A stretch of DNA of 32,000 bases from Geobacter sulfurreducens PCA (GCF_000007985.2 NC_002939.5:3540001-3572000); one strand, 5' to 3'. Shown: positions 11,340 to 21,345, numbered from the stretch's first letter. Numbers and translations: made by a program. Notes: generated from the letters alone by a model not told the origin.

Positions 11340-11639
11340 TCAGATTTCCACCATGACATCCTCGCCCACGACCTGGGACGGATAGATCTTGAGGGTGTAC
11401 TCAGGGAACTCCTTGCAGGCGCCGGTTTTCAGATTGAAGCGATACCCGTGGCGCTGGCAGGAGAGGTGCTCGGCATCTTTCACCAGCGCCCCGGAAAGGG
11501 GAGCCCCCTGGTGCGGGCACTCGGTCTCGCAGGCGTAGACCTGCCCCTTGGCCTTCACGAGGAGAATCTCCTGTCCATTAACGGTGACAACTTTTTTCCC
11601 GAAATCGGGGATTTCGGAAACCTTGGCGGCGAATACCAT
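11340..11639 (-). CDS. small Rieske [2Fe-2S] domain protein (99 aa)
   Basis: CPHQGAPLS...(17)...CQRHGYRF matches the Rieske CxH...CxxH pattern. The start is trimmed to MVFAAK, with an AAGGGGGA RBS. Confidence 0.85.
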   Translation of the reverse strand: MVFAAKVSEIPDFGKKVVTVNGQEILLVKAKGQVYACETECPHQGAPLSGALVKDAEHLSCQRHGYRFNLKTGACKEFPEYTLKIYPSQVVGEDVMVEI

Positions 11640-11662
11640 GCGCGTCCCCCTTGAGCCTGCCG

Positions 11663-13165
11663 TCAGCTGATGGCGATCTCGAACTGCTCCTGATGAAAAC
11701 CGGGCTTGGCCCGGACCGTAATCCGCTTCTTGAACTTCTTCTCCAACTCCTCCAACCCTCGCCGCTCCTCGTCGTAGAGGAGATCGGCCACCTGGGGATG
11801 CACGGTGAGCATTACCTTGCTGCCGCGAATATCGAGCATCTCCCGGCGCAGTTCGCGGAATATCTCGTGACAGACCGTTGTCTTGGACTTCACGTACCCT
11901 CTCCCCTCGCAGTAGGGGCAGGGCTCGCACATCATCCTGCCGATAGACTCCCGCACCCGCTTCCGGGTCATCTCCACCAGGCCCAGATCCGAGATCTTCA
12001 GGATGTTGGTCTTGGACTTGTCGGCCTTCATGGCCTCCTCCAGCGCCGTAAAGACCTTCTCCCGGTTGACCTCCTTCTCCATGTCGATGAAGTCGATGAT
12101 GATGATCCCGCCGATATTGCGCAGCCTGAGCTGGTAGGCGATCTCCTTAACCGCCTCCAGGTTGGTCTTGAGGATGGTGTCCTCCAGGTTGTGTTTGCCC
12201 ACGAACCGGCCGGTGTTGACATCGATGGCGGTAAGGGCCTCGGTCTGCTCGATGATGATATAGCCGCCGCTCTTGAGCCAGACCTTGCGTCCCAGTGCCC
12301 GGCTGATCTCCACCTCCAGCCCGAAGTGATCAAAGATGGGCTCCTCGTCGTCGTAGAGCTCCATGGAGTACTTCATTTTCGGCATGAAGGTGGAGATGAA
12401 CTGGACGATCTTGTCGTGCTCGTGCCGGGAGTCGACCACGATGCGGGAAACGTTTTCGGTGAGGATGTCACGGATGACCTTCTGGGTCACGTCCAGGTCG
12501 GCATGAATGAGACAGGGGGCATGAGCCTTTTCGTTGCGTCTGACAACCTCTTCCCAGAGCTTCGTCAGGTAGTTCATGTCGGCGACCAGATCCTCCTCGG
12601 TCTTGCCCTCGGCGGCGGTCCGAACGATGAACCCGCCCCCGGCCGGCTTCGCCTTGCCCACGATTTCCTTAAGCCGCTCGCGCTCCGGCTCATCTTCGAT
12701 CCGCCGAGACACTCCCACGTGGTCCACCGTCGGCATGTAGACCAGGTGGCGGCCAGGCAGCGACACATGAGAGGTGATACGGGCCCCCTTGGTGCCGATG
12801 GGTTCCTTGGACACCTGAACCAGAATTTCCTGCCCTTCCTGAAGGAGTTCTTCGATGGGGTGGAGCGGGTGAAGAACCTGCCGTTCACTGTCGCTCTCCT
12901 CGCCGTTCACCTCCATGAAGGTCTCGAACTCCTCCATGGCATCGAACACATCGGCCACGTAGAGAAAAGCCGCCTTCTCCAGGCCGATGTCGACAAATGC
13001 CGCCTGCATGCCGGGAAGGACGCGTACGACCCTCCCCTTGTAGATGTTGCCGACGATCCCCTTTTCGCGGCTCCGCTCAATGTAGAGCTCGGCAATGGTG
13101 CCGTTCTCGATGAGAGCGATGCGGGTCTCGTGGGACGAGGTGTTGATCACCAGTTCATTGGCCAT
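11663..13165 (-). CDS. rng: Rne/Rng family ribonuclease (RNase G-like), 500 aa
   Basis: An S1 domain (GNIYKGRVVRVLPGMQAAFVDIG) and a catalytic core with IDVNTGRFVG and DFIDM motifs. The start is trimmed to MANELVINTS. Confidence 0.9.
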   Translation of the reverse strand: MANELVINTSSHETRIALIENGTIAELYIERSREKGIVGNIYKGRVVRVLPGMQAAFVDIGLEKAAFLYVADVFDAMEEFETFMEVNGEESDSERQVLHPLHPIEELLQEGQEILVQVSKEPIGTKGARITSHVSLPGRHLVYMPTVDHVGVSRRIEDEPERERLKEIVGKAKPAGGGFIVRTAAEGKTEEDLVADMNYLTKLWEEVVRRNEKAHAPCLIHADLDVTQKVIRDILTENVSRIVVDSRHEHDKIVQFISTFMPKMKYSMELYDDEEPIFDHFGLEVEISRALGRKVWLKSGGYIIIEQTEALTAIDVNTGRFVGKHNLEDTILKTNLEAVKEIAYQLRLRNIGGIIIIDFIDMEKEVNREKVFTALEEAMKADKSKTNILKISDLGLVEMTRKRVRESIGRMMCEPCPYCEGRGYVKSKTTVCHEIFRELRREMLDIRGSKVMLTVHPQVADLLYDEERRGLEELEKKFKKRITVRAKPGFHQEQFEIAIS

Positions 13166-13193
13166 TGATGGGTATCCTGTATGAAAAATTGAA

Positions 13194-15689
13194 TCACGAT
13201 TCCTTGAAAAGCACCTGGAGCTTCTCGATCCTGGCCTCAGCCAGGGCTTCCGGCGCAAGCCCGGTGATGGCCGATACGAACTCCAGCGGTTTGCCCCGCC
13301 CCGTCACCATCTCCAGGGCGTTCCCCTCCACGGTGAGTTCGGCCAGCTCCCGGCGCAGGTCGTACTCCTGGACCCGCCCCTTCTTTTCACGACGCAGCGG
13401 AACGCTCTCCCGGGCAAGAAACGCCGCAGCCAGTTCAGGCAGGCCGACGGCCGCCTCCGGAGGAAGCGTAACACGGTAGCGCACTTTGTCCATTATTACA
13501 GAGAGGGAAGGACTGCCCGGAGGGATCACGGATGCCTCGACGATCCGTACCCCCTCGGGGAGAGCCCCATTGAGGCGCGTGCCGATGTCCGTCGGGTCGG
13601 CGCCGGGGAAAAGCTCCATATCGAGATATTCGGCCCACGATTCTACACCGACCGAAAGGGCGGTGGCAAATGAGAATTTGGGGTGAGGATGGAACCCGCG
13701 GGAGAAGCGGATCGGGATTCGCGACCGCCCCACCGCCCGGGTAAAGAGACCGATCATCTCCAGGTGACTCAGGAACCGCATGGCCCCGGTCTTGGTGTAA
13801 CGGAGCCGCAGCGTTACCTTCCCTTCGACATCTTCCGCATCATCCTTTTCCCGCCGGGTGGTCGTACCCCGCCAGCCGTCATCGGCGAGCCGCAGCCGCA
13901 CCTGGCTGAAATCACAGACACCGCAGCCGGTGCAGCGGCCGGTACGGCAGTCCTCCGTGGCCGCCCCCTGGCGCGACAGTTCCAGTTCGCGAAGAAGAAA
14001 CTCCCTTGTGACGCCGAAGTCCAGGTGACCCCAGGGAAGAACCTCATCCGGCTCCCGGCGCCGATGATAGAAGGCCGGGTCGATACCGGTTTCCTCGAAG
14101 GCGGTCCGCCATGCGGCCTCGTCGAACCTGTCGCCCCAGCCGTCGAAGCGGCAGCCGAGTTCCCACGCCCGGCGAAGGGCGGCCCCAAGCCGCCGGTCGC
14201 CCCGGGCGAAGACCCCTTCCATAAAGGAGAGAGGCGCATCGTGCCACTTGAAAACCAGCTTGCGCGCCCTGAGCTCACGACGCAGAAGTCCCTGTTTCTC
14301 CAGGATCTCGCCGACCGGGATCTGGGGCTCCCACTGGAAGGGGGTGTGCGCCTTGGGAACGAAGGTCGAGACCGACACATTCACCTCGCCTCCGCTACCG
14401 GCCCGCCGCCCCTCCATCTTCACCTTGCGGGCAAGCTCCACGATCCCGTGCAGATCCTCCTCCGTCTCGCCCGGCAGACCGATCATGAAGTAGAGCTTGA
14501 TCAGGCGCCAGCCGTGGGAGTACGCCTCAAAGGCATTGCGCAGCAAATCCTCCTCGGAGATTCCCTTGTTGATGACCCGGCGCAGCCGCTCGCTCCCGGC
14601 TTCAGGCGCCAGGGTGAAACCGGTCTTGCGAACGGTGCGGATGGCCTCCACCAGCTCATCGTTGAGGCTTCCCACCCGCATCGACGGAAGCGACACGGCG
14701 ATCCGCTCCGAGGCGTAACGTGCCATAAGTTCGGTCAATAACGGCGTAAGGCAGCCATAGTCCCCGGTGGAGAGCGACAGCAGCGATATCTCGTCGTAAC
14801 CGGTGGCCCGAAGGGTCTCCTCCACCAGCGCCAGGATCTTCTCCGGGGAACGCTCCCTCACCGGCCGGTACAGGTAGCCGGCCTGACAGAACCGGCACCC
14901 GCGAGTGCAGCCTCGGCTGATCTCGACACTGACCCGGTCGTGGATTGTCTTCAGGAAGGGGACGACCGGGGCAGTGGGATAGGCAGCCGGCTCCAGCTCG
15001 GCCAGAAAGCGGCGCTTCACCGGGCCGTAGTCGGGGCGCAACGGCTCCACGGCGGCGATCCTGTTGTTATCCCCGTACCTCACGGCAAAAAAAGAGGGTA
15101 CATACACGCCGGCTATGCCGGCTAGCCGCTCAAGCAGCCCTGACCGCGCTCCGCCGGCACGCTTCCATGCCCGGAACGCCTCTGCTATTTCGATGACCGC
15201 CTCTTCTCCGTCACCCAGGAGAAATGCATCGAAAAAGTCCGCCAAGGGCTCCGGGTTGCAGGCGCACGGTCCGCCACCGATTATGAGCGGATGGCGCTCG
15301 TCCCGCTCTGACGCGAGCAGGGGGATGCCGGCCAGATCCAGCATATTGAGAATATTTGTGTACGAAAGCTCATACTGGAGAGTAAAGCCAACGATATCGG
15401 CACGATCCAGGGAGGTGCCGCTCTCCAGAGTGGCCAGCGGTATCCCTTCTGCCCGCAGTTGAGCCTCACGGTCGGGCCAGGGGGCATAGGCCCGCTCGGC
15501 GGCAACACCGTCGAGGGTGTTGAGCACGCCGTAGAGAATCTGAAGCCCCAGGTGGCTCATGCCGACCTCGTAGACGTCGGGAAAGGCAAGAACAAAGCGG
15601 AGTTCCGGCGTTACGGCACAGCGTGTGCCCACCTCTCCCCCCATGTAGCGTGCCGGCTTCTCGACGGCAAGTAACCTGTTATCTAACAC
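13194..15689 (-). CDS. B12-binding-domain radical SAM protein fused to a DUF2344-type radical-SAM-linked domain (TIGR03960/TIGR03936-like)
   Basis: CTRGCRFC (CX3CX2C) SAM-cluster motif. It is 831 aa with a GTG start and a GGAG RBS. The family assignment and its known neighbourhood with RNase G come from memory. Confidence 0.85.
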   Translation of the reverse strand: MLDNRLLAVEKPARYMGGEVGTRCAVTPELRFVLAFPDVYEVGMSHLGLQILYGVLNTLDGVAAERAYAPWPDREAQLRAEGIPLATLESGTSLDRADIVGFTLQYELSYTNILNMLDLAGIPLLASERDERHPLIIGGGPCACNPEPLADFFDAFLLGDGEEAVIEIAEAFRAWKRAGGARSGLLERLAGIAGVYVPSFFAVRYGDNNRIAAVEPLRPDYGPVKRRFLAELEPAAYPTAPVVPFLKTIHDRVSVEISRGCTRGCRFCQAGYLYRPVRERSPEKILALVEETLRATGYDEISLLSLSTGDYGCLTPLLTELMARYASERIAVSLPSMRVGSLNDELVEAIRTVRKTGFTLAPEAGSERLRRVINKGISEEDLLRNAFEAYSHGWRLIKLYFMIGLPGETEEDLHGIVELARKVKMEGRRAGSGGEVNVSVSTFVPKAHTPFQWEPQIPVGEILEKQGLLRRELRARKLVFKWHDAPLSFMEGVFARGDRRLGAALRRAWELGCRFDGWGDRFDEAAWRTAFEETGIDPAFYHRRREPDEVLPWGHLDFGVTREFLLRELELSRQGAATEDCRTGRCTGCGVCDFSQVRLRLADDGWRGTTTRREKDDAEDVEGKVTLRLRYTKTGAMRFLSHLEMIGLFTRAVGRSRIPIRFSRGFHPHPKFSFATALSVGVESWAEYLDMELFPGADPTDIGTRLNGALPEGVRIVEASVIPPGSPSLSVIMDKVRYRVTLPPEAAVGLPELAAAFLARESVPLRREKKGRVQEYDLRRELAELTVEGNALEMVTGRGKPLEFVSAITGLAPEALAEARIEKLQVLFKES

Positions 15690-15798
15690 TCTGATTATCT
15701 CCGGAATTGCGGATAAGTTCGCCGATTCGTAAATGAATTACTGTAGTACACAACCAACTGCCGTGACAAGCGAAATGCCCCTCCGGCACGGGCTACCT

Positions 15799-15829
15799 CA
15801 TTTGCGGTAAACACATGAGCATTTGCGGT
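15799..15829. promoter_or_regulatory. two CATTTGCGGT direct repeats spaced 21 bp (candidate enhancer/UAS)
   Basis: Exact 10-mers at 15799..15808 and 15820..15829, about 90-120 bp upstream of the -24/-12 element. Confidence 0.4.
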
Positions 15830-15874
15830 CGCTCCAGCCTAAAAATCACGGGCCATGCCCGAGCCCACCTCACG

Positions 15875-15887
15875 TAACATACTGATT
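15875..15887 (-). promoter_or_regulatory. IHF-consensus site (AATCAGTATGTTA = WATCARNNNNTTR)
   Basis: Full match to the consensus on the minus strand, located between the repeats and the -24/-12 element. Confidence 0.35.
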
Positions 15888-15917
15888 TAAAATGCAGTTC
15901 CACAAACAAACAACAAG

Positions 15918-15933
15918 TGGCATGCTCCATGCT
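15918..15933 (+). promoter_or_regulatory. candidate sigma-54 promoter TGGCATGCTCCATGCT
   Basis: GG and GC are spaced exactly as in TGGCACG-N4-TTGCW, with two mismatches. It lies 43 nt upstream of ATG 15976. Confidence 0.55.
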
Positions 15934-15975
15934 CTATGCAAAGGTACATCACCCAATTTTTTGGAGGTACTCGTA

Positions 15976-16206
15976 ATGAAAAAAGTTCTGTCCACCCTCG
16001 TAGCCGCTCTTGTTGCCGTTGCCTTCGCCGGTACCGTTTTCGCCACCGAAGCGAAGAAAGAAGCCGCTCCGGCTGCTCCCGCCGCTCCGGCCGCTGAAGT
16101 GAAGAAAGAAGAGAAGAAGCCGGTTAAGAAGGCCAAGAAAGCCAAGAAGGCCAAGAAAGAAGAGAAGAAGGAAGAAGCTGCTGCTCCGGCTGCCGAGAAG
16201 AAGTAA
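15976..16206 (+). CDS. small secreted Lys/Ala/Glu-rich low-complexity protein (76 aa)
   Basis: GGAGG RBS, a signal peptide (MKKVLSTLVAALVAVAFAGTVFA), then EAKKEAAPAAPAAPAAEVKKEEKKPVKKAKKAKKAKKEEKKEE. A terminator follows. Confidence 0.6.
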   Translation: MKKVLSTLVAALVAVAFAGTVFATEAKKEAAPAAPAAPAAEVKKEEKKPVKKAKKAKKAKKEEKKEEAAAPAAEKK

Positions 16207-16232
16207 TCTCCCCTTCCCGATTCACGAAAAAA

Positions 16233-16261
16233 GCCGCATCCCCACGGGGTGCGGCTTTTTT
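16233..16261 (+). terminator. rho-independent terminator, probably bidirectional
   Basis: GCCGCA(T)CCC-CACG-GGGTGCGGC followed by TTTTTT, and preceded by AAAAAA. It sits between convergent genes. Confidence 0.8.
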
Positions 16262-16293
16262 CGTGTCCCGATGCCGGGCAGGGAAAACCTGCC

Positions 16294-16665
16294 CTACTCT
16301 TTCTGCCATACGTAAGGAGGATCAAGGTACGCGTCGTAGAAGCCGGGCCAGGCGAGAAAGAAGGTGGCCACTTCACCGACCCCGGCCAGAGTCCGCACCA
16401 GGGTCATCCCGACCCCCTTGAGGGGACCGATCAGCAGCCCCCTGCCGGCACCGTCCTCGGACCACGTGACGTAAATCTGCTTGGGAAACTCAGCCCACCC
16501 CGTGGCAACATTGGCAACGCCCCGGCCGAATTTGCCGGCCATGCCGTCGACCACCTCCTGGGCCGAAGCGTTGTCCACGGAGCGCACGCCGCCAGCGTAC
16601 ACAGGCGCCCATTGCCCGGCGATCAACACTGCAACCAGTGCCACCGAGGCGATAACCGCCCTCAT
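16294..16665 (-). CDS. small secreted protein, paralog B (exosortase-associated TIGR04073-like by recollection)
   Basis: Signal peptide, and motifs KFGRGVANVATGWAEFPKQ and GPLKGVGMTLVRT shared with the upstream paralog. The ATGA overlap is with 16662..17078. Confidence 0.6.
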   Translation of the reverse strand: MRAVIASVALVAVLIAGQWAPVYAGGVRSVDNASAQEVVDGMAGKFGRGVANVATGWAEFPKQIYVTWSEDGAGRGLLIGPLKGVGMTLVRTLAGVGEVATFFLAWPGFYDAYLDPPYVWQKE

Positions 16666-17078
16666 TTGCCCTCCCCGCCGGAGGCATCCGGCTTGCCAGC
16701 AGCTGACCGGAGCCTGTCGTCCCGTGCCTCATCCCATCCCATCCAGACATATTCGGGCTCGATCATCGGATCATAGTAGCCCGGCTGGGGAACAGGGAAG
16801 AAAATCGCCTCCGCCGCTCCCATGAATCCCCGGTAGACAGTCATGCCGACCCCTTTGAGCGGACCGACCACGTAGCCGACGGCGCCGCGATCCCTCACAC
16901 TCAGATACGACTGTTTGGGGAGCTCCACAATGGCCGTGGCGACATTGGTGACACCCCGGACGAATTTGTAGGCCATTTTCTCCACGATGAACTCGGGCTT
17001 GGGTCCGTCCTGGGCCAGAACGGGGGCAGAGACGGACAACACCAGGGCAAGGGCGAGCAACAGTGCGAAAGCGCGCAT
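16662..17078 (-). CDS. small secreted protein, paralog A (TIGR04073-like by recollection)
   Basis: Start trimmed to MRAFALLLALALVLSVSAPVLA, with an AAAGGAG RBS. Motifs: KFVRGVTNVATAIVELPKQ and GPLKGVGMTVYRG. Confidence 0.6.
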   Translation of the reverse strand: MRAFALLLALALVLSVSAPVLAQDGPKPEFIVEKMAYKFVRGVTNVATAIVELPKQSYLSVRDRGAVGYVVGPLKGVGMTVYRGFMGAAEAIFFPVPQPGYYDPMIEPEYVWMGWDEARDDRLRSAAGKPDASGGEGK

Positions 17079-17177
17079 GTTTTCTCCTTTTGCTGCATGG
17101 TTGCAACCTGCTGTCCCTTGTAACACACTTGGGCCGAGGTGGCAAGCGGCAACAGGCCGCGAATGGCGGAGAAACCG

Positions 17178-19415
17178 TCAGTCGAACAGGGTCCGTTCCC
17201 GGGGGAGAAAGGGGGCAAATTTTTTCATGAGCTGGGCCAGCTTGTCGACATAATAGTCCACGTTCTCGTCGGGACGGGCCGGGTCGTACCGGAAGACCGG
17301 TGCGCTCTGCTCGTAGACGGTTACCCCTTTCCCCCGTCCCGTGACGTAATAGCTGATCTGATCGCCGGCCCGATACGGCCGGTCGGCGCGGAGCGCTATC
17401 TCGAAGGCCGCGGAGGGATTGCGTTTTCCGGCGCGGACCTTCTGCTGGTACGTGGCCGGCGACTCGCCGAGGGTCTCGGTGCGGACGAGCCATTCCACAG
17501 GAAACCGGTGTTCGCGGATACGGTGGACGTAGTCATCGTACAGGACCGGTACCTTCTGCGCCTCGTCCGTCAGGAGGAGGCGGATCATCTCCCCCATGAA
17601 CTCGCGCAGGTAGCGCTCGATCCCCCGCGAACGGAGGGCGCTCCCCCGCACGGTGATCCGGCCGTCATGGCCGAGCAGAGCGTAGTTTTTGGCTTTATAG
17701 GAAAACATGGCACGGTAGCGGCCGGCCAGCTCGACCTCAATGCCGGCCGGGAGCGTAGCGGAAAGGGCGCGGACCAGAGCGGACTCGGCCTCTTCGCCGC
17801 TTACGCCGGGGGGCGGAATAAAGTAGACGCCGTCCGTGTCCACCTCCACCGGGCGGGCACCCCTGTCCTGTAACCAGTCAAGCATGGCCCCGATGAGCTG
17901 CCGGCCCGCCCGGGTAACCTCGGCGGCGGCAGCCGGATCGGCAAAGTGGTGGAGGGGCGCGCCCAGGTAGCCATAAAAGGAGTTGATGAGAACCTTGAAG
18001 GTTTGCTGGAGCGCCGCGTAGTAGTCGCGCCGATGGGGATCTGACTCTTCCCGGGCGCGCGCCTTGGCTGTCAGCCGGAACCGGCGAAGCTCCTCCAGAA
18101 GGGGGAGGAACAGACCAAGGTGCTCCCGGGCCGGAGCGATCTTCCGGGCAAGCATGAGCGACGGATAGAGGGAGGTCACGTCACAGTGGACAATGGGACC
18201 GAGAATGCCGGTCTCCCGTAGCTCCACATACCCCCCTTCAAGACCTGCACCGTCACCCCCACCAGGCAGCGGCACCGCCTCGCGCCGGTGCAGGTACTCG
18301 CGCAGGAAGAGGGCATTGATCTTGGTGGCGTTCCCCCTGATGACCGATGTCTGGTAGGTGTAGGGAAAGATGCGCGCCTGGAGGAACCAGGGGTAGGACA
18401 GGAGCCGGGACAGGGCCAGAGTCTCGCGGGTGTCGTCCAGGTTGTAGCGCTTCATGCGCTCCGGATCGGAACGGAATACCTCGTCCATGGCCTGTCGGTC
18501 CAGATAGACCCGGTCCGGCGCGGCCAGGCCGAAGTGGATGGCCGCCTGCTTGAGACCGTAGCTTTCCAGATCCCTGCTCGACACGTCGTGGATCTGGACG
18601 AGGAAGTAGGTATCGATGACCGTCCTGCCGTAGACGTCCCAGCGCGGGTAGTCGATGAGCCGCTCAGCCACGGAGAAGCGCGAAGGGTGAACCCGGGGGA
18701 TGCTCCCGTCCCTCCCCCAGGCAAGCTTTACCCCGTGGCGGGCAGCCCGTGCCCGGATGTACTCCAGGTCGAAGCGAAAGATATTGTGCCCCTCGATCAC
18801 ATCCGGATCACGTTCCCGGATGATCCCGCCCAGCCGTTCGAGCATCTCCCGCTCGTCCATCTCCGTCGCCGACAGGAACGCTTCGTACCCGCCCTCCTCC
18901 ATCAGAGCAATGGAGAGAATCCGGTCATCTTCCCGGTCCGGGTTGGAGAACTCGAACCCCTCGCCGCAGGAGGTCTCGATGTCCAGGGCGAGCCGCCGCA
19001 GGTGCCCGAACTCAAATCCCTTGAAAAAGGTCTTGCCTGTGAGCAGAAAGTGCTGGTGGACCGGGTCCGACAGATAGAGGTAGGGGGCGCCGGGCGCCGA
19101 CGGGTTTTGACCGGTATGGCGGGCCAGAAAATCACGGGCCGCGGCGCAGCCGTGCCAATCGCGAAACAGTGCCATAAACCGGAGCTCGCCCGGTCCGGAA
19201 AGCGGGTGAAAGGTCACCTCATCCCGGAATCCATCCAAGAGCGATGGGTCCGTCAGGAGGATGAACGGGTGGAAGGGATCGTCCCTGACCACGACCCCGC
19301 GGGGAGTCCGGATGAAAAGACGGACGAACCGCCCGGCCAGTTCCGCTGCCACGATCCCGGCGGTGTCGTCGGCGCCGAAGAGGAGACGATTGTCGGTCCG
19401 TTCCAGGTCGTTCAT
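17178..19415 (-). CDS. polB: family B DNA polymerase (Pol II-like), 745 aa
   Basis: Exonuclease motifs (LALDIETS, HNIFRFDLEY, YNLDD) and polymerase motifs (DVTSLYPSLM, KVLINSFYGYLG, VDTDGV). The start is moved to ATG 19415 (GGGGAGG 8 nt upstream) because the track GTG at 19445 lies inside a terminator stem. Confidence 0.9.
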   Translation of the reverse strand: MNDLERTDNRLLFGADDTAGIVAAELAGRFVRLFIRTPRGVVVRDDPFHPFILLTDPSLLDGFRDEVTFHPLSGPGELRFMALFRDWHGCAAARDFLARHTGQNPSAPGAPYLYLSDPVHQHFLLTGKTFFKGFEFGHLRRLALDIETSCGEGFEFSNPDREDDRILSIALMEEGGYEAFLSATEMDEREMLERLGGIIRERDPDVIEGHNIFRFDLEYIRARAARHGVKLAWGRDGSIPRVHPSRFSVAERLIDYPRWDVYGRTVIDTYFLVQIHDVSSRDLESYGLKQAAIHFGLAAPDRVYLDRQAMDEVFRSDPERMKRYNLDDTRETLALSRLLSYPWFLQARIFPYTYQTSVIRGNATKINALFLREYLHRREAVPLPGGGDGAGLEGGYVELRETGILGPIVHCDVTSLYPSLMLARKIAPAREHLGLFLPLLEELRRFRLTAKARAREESDPHRRDYYAALQQTFKVLINSFYGYLGAPLHHFADPAAAAEVTRAGRQLIGAMLDWLQDRGARPVEVDTDGVYFIPPPGVSGEEAESALVRALSATLPAGIEVELAGRYRAMFSYKAKNYALLGHDGRITVRGSALRSRGIERYLREFMGEMIRLLLTDEAQKVPVLYDDYVHRIREHRFPVEWLVRTETLGESPATYQQKVRAGKRNPSAAFEIALRADRPYRAGDQISYYVTGRGKGVTVYEQSAPVFRYDPARPDENVDYYVDKLAQLMKKFAPFLPRERTLFD

Positions 19416-19430
19416 GTCATGCGCCTCCCC

Positions 19431-19464
19431 AAAAACAAACGGCACGGTGTGGGACCGTGCCGTT
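19431..19464 (-). terminator. rho-independent terminator after the peroxiredoxin gene
   Basis: AACGGCACGGT-(5 nt)-ACCGTGCCGTT, a perfect 11-bp stem, followed by TGTTTTT on the minus strand. Confidence 0.8.
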
Positions 19465-19488
19465 CATTCGGATGCACTGCGCCGGAGG

Positions 19489-20094
19489 CTACCCCACGGA
19501 GTGCTTTGCCAGGTACTCGGCCACGCCGGAAGCGGTCGGCTTCATGGCCTCGTCCCCTTCCTTCCAGTTGGCCGGGCAAACCTGATCGCCGTGGGTTTCC
19601 ACGAACTGAAGCGCATCGACCATGCGGAGGGCCTCGTCAACGCTGCGGCCGAGAGGCAGGTCGTTGATCACGGCGTGACGGACAACCCCCTTGGTATCGA
19701 TAAGGAACAGGCCGCGCAGGGCAACCCCTGCGCCTTCGAAGAGGACGCCGTACTGGGTGGCGATCTCCTTCTTGAGATCGGCTACCAGCGGATACTGGAT
19801 GTTGCCGATACCGCCGTTCTCCACCGGGGTGTTCTTCCACGCCATGTGGGTGAACTTGGAATCGACTGAAACCCCGATCACCTCGCAGTTCTTAGCCTTG
19901 AACTGATCCAGCTTCTTATTGAATGCAAGAATCTCAGACGGGCAGACAAAAGTGAAATCAAGAGGATAGAAAAAGAGGACCACATATTTTCCGCGGTAGC
20001 TCGACAGCTTGACCGTGCCGAAGGTATTGTCGGGCATAACCGCGTCGGCGGTGAAGTCAGGGGCCTCCTTGGTAACAAGCGTACACATGCACAT
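19489..20094 (-). CDS. typical 2-Cys peroxiredoxin (AhpC/Prx1 subfamily), 201 aa
   Basis: FFYPLDFTFVCPSE carries the peroxidatic Cys and VCPANW the resolving Cys. The start is trimmed to MCMCTLV, with an AAAGGAG RBS. Confidence 0.95.
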   Translation of the reverse strand: MCMCTLVTKEAPDFTADAVMPDNTFGTVKLSSYRGKYVVLFFYPLDFTFVCPSEILAFNKKLDQFKAKNCEVIGVSVDSKFTHMAWKNTPVENGGIGNIQYPLVADLKKEIATQYGVLFEGAGVALRGLFLIDTKGVVRHAVINDLPLGRSVDEALRMVDALQFVETHGDQVCPANWKEGDEAMKPTASGVAEYLAKHSVG

Positions 20095-20140
20095 GGTATC
20101 GTTTCTCCTTTCTTTGAAATGAAGTTGCAGACAAGAAAAA

Positions 20141-20169
20141 CTCATACCAGCCATACTGGGGCTTGTCAA
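20141..20169 (-). promoter_or_regulatory. candidate sigma-70 promoter for the peroxiredoxin gene (-35 TTGACA, 17-nt spacer, -10 TATGAG)
   Basis: Perfect -35 hexamer and correct spacing, about 45 nt upstream of the ATG. Confidence 0.5.
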
Positions 20170-20201
20170 TCAAAAAAGACAAAAACAATCCTTTTTATCC
20201 A

Positions 20202-20933
20202 CTATGCCCCCTTCAACTCACCACTGATGCCCACGGTCACCTCGCGCAGGGGGATATCCTTGCTCGATGCCGCCAGGGCCTGGCGGGCCGCCATGACGAT
20301 ACCGCCGCAACAGGGCACTTCCATTCGGACCACGGTGATACTTTTAAGGTCATTGACGCGGATCAGCTCAGTAAGCTTCTCGGTGTAGAAACGATTGTCA
20401 TCCAGCTTGGGACAGCCCACCACCACCGCGCGGCCGTCCAGGAACTCCCGATGAAAATCGGCATAGGCAAAGGGAACGCAGTCGGCGGCGATGAGCAGGT
20501 CCGCGTTCCGGAAGTACGGGGCGGAGGTCGGCACCAGGTGCAGTTGGACGGGCCACTGACGGAGCCGGCTTTCCTGGCGCGGAACATCCCGGACGCTCTC
20601 CGTTGCCGGGCGATCGAGGACCATGGCTCGCGACCCGGGACAGCCGCCGTGAACCGGAGCCGGCTGATGGGCGGCGTGATGGGATTCGCGACTCGTCTGG
20701 CCCAGGTGAGCCTCCACCGCCGCCTCATCGAACTCGTCCGCGTCCCGCTCGATGATCCGGATGGCGTCCAGAGGACACTCACCCAGACAGGCGCCGAGGC
20801 CGTCGCACAGATTGTCGGCAGCCAGCACCGCCTTGCCGTTTTCTATCCTGATGGCCCCCTCGGCACAGGCCGGAACACAGATGCCGCAGCCGTTGCACTT
20901 TTCCTGGTCAATCTCCACGATCTTTCTGATCAT
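20202..20933 (-). CDS. 4Fe-4S ferredoxin-domain protein with a Cys-containing C-terminal domain
   Basis: CNGCGICVPAC and CDGLGACLGECP motifs lie at the N-terminus. Additional conserved Cys residues are present (ADCVP, GCPKLDD, VPCCGG). Confidence 0.8.
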   Translation of the reverse strand: MIRKIVEIDQEKCNGCGICVPACAEGAIRIENGKAVLAADNLCDGLGACLGECPLDAIRIIERDADEFDEAAVEAHLGQTSRESHHAAHQPAPVHGGCPGSRAMVLDRPATESVRDVPRQESRLRQWPVQLHLVPTSAPYFRNADLLIAADCVPFAYADFHREFLDGRAVVVGCPKLDDNRFYTEKLTELIRVNDLKSITVVRMEVPCCGGIVMAARQALAASSKDIPLREVTVGISGELKGA

Positions 20934-20976
20934 CGTTCTCTCCCTTTCGTCTTGTCGTTTTGCTATATGGTCTGAA

Positions 20977-21345
20977 TCAAAAGAAATAGTGCCAGAGGTA
21001 ATCGAGCCGGCCCCGCATGATCATCCGCCGCCCCGAAAAGGCCATCACTTCGCGGATTTTTGCCCGGTATTCCCTGCTGTAGCAGTGGATGCGGCAATGC
21101 TTGCACGACGGCTTGGGGTCCAGCGGACACTTTCGCCGCTTAGCAATGCCGTGGTAGAGGAGTGCGGCGCAATCCGGGCAGAGCCTGACGCCTTTGCGGT
21201 AACGCCTCTCGAGCTCCGGCGGAACCGCGAAGGGTTCCCGCGCAGCAGGGTCGTGGTTGGCGTGGCAGTAGACCCTGACAAAATCGATGAGGACTTTGAA
21301 ATCCTTCTGCTGACCGGGGGTGAACGTTTCCATGGGTGTCATCAT
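20977..21345 (-). CDS. nitrous-oxide-stimulated promoter (YgbA_NO) family Cys-rich protein
   Basis: 122 aa with CPDC...CPLDPKPSCKHCRIHCY. The family assignment is from memory of PF11756-like proteins. Confidence 0.7.
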   Translation of the reverse strand: MMTPMETFTPGQQKDFKVLIDFVRVYCHANHDPAAREPFAVPPELERRYRKGVRLCPDCAALLYHGIAKRRKCPLDPKPSCKHCRIHCYSREYRAKIREVMAFSGRRMIMRGRLDYLWHYFF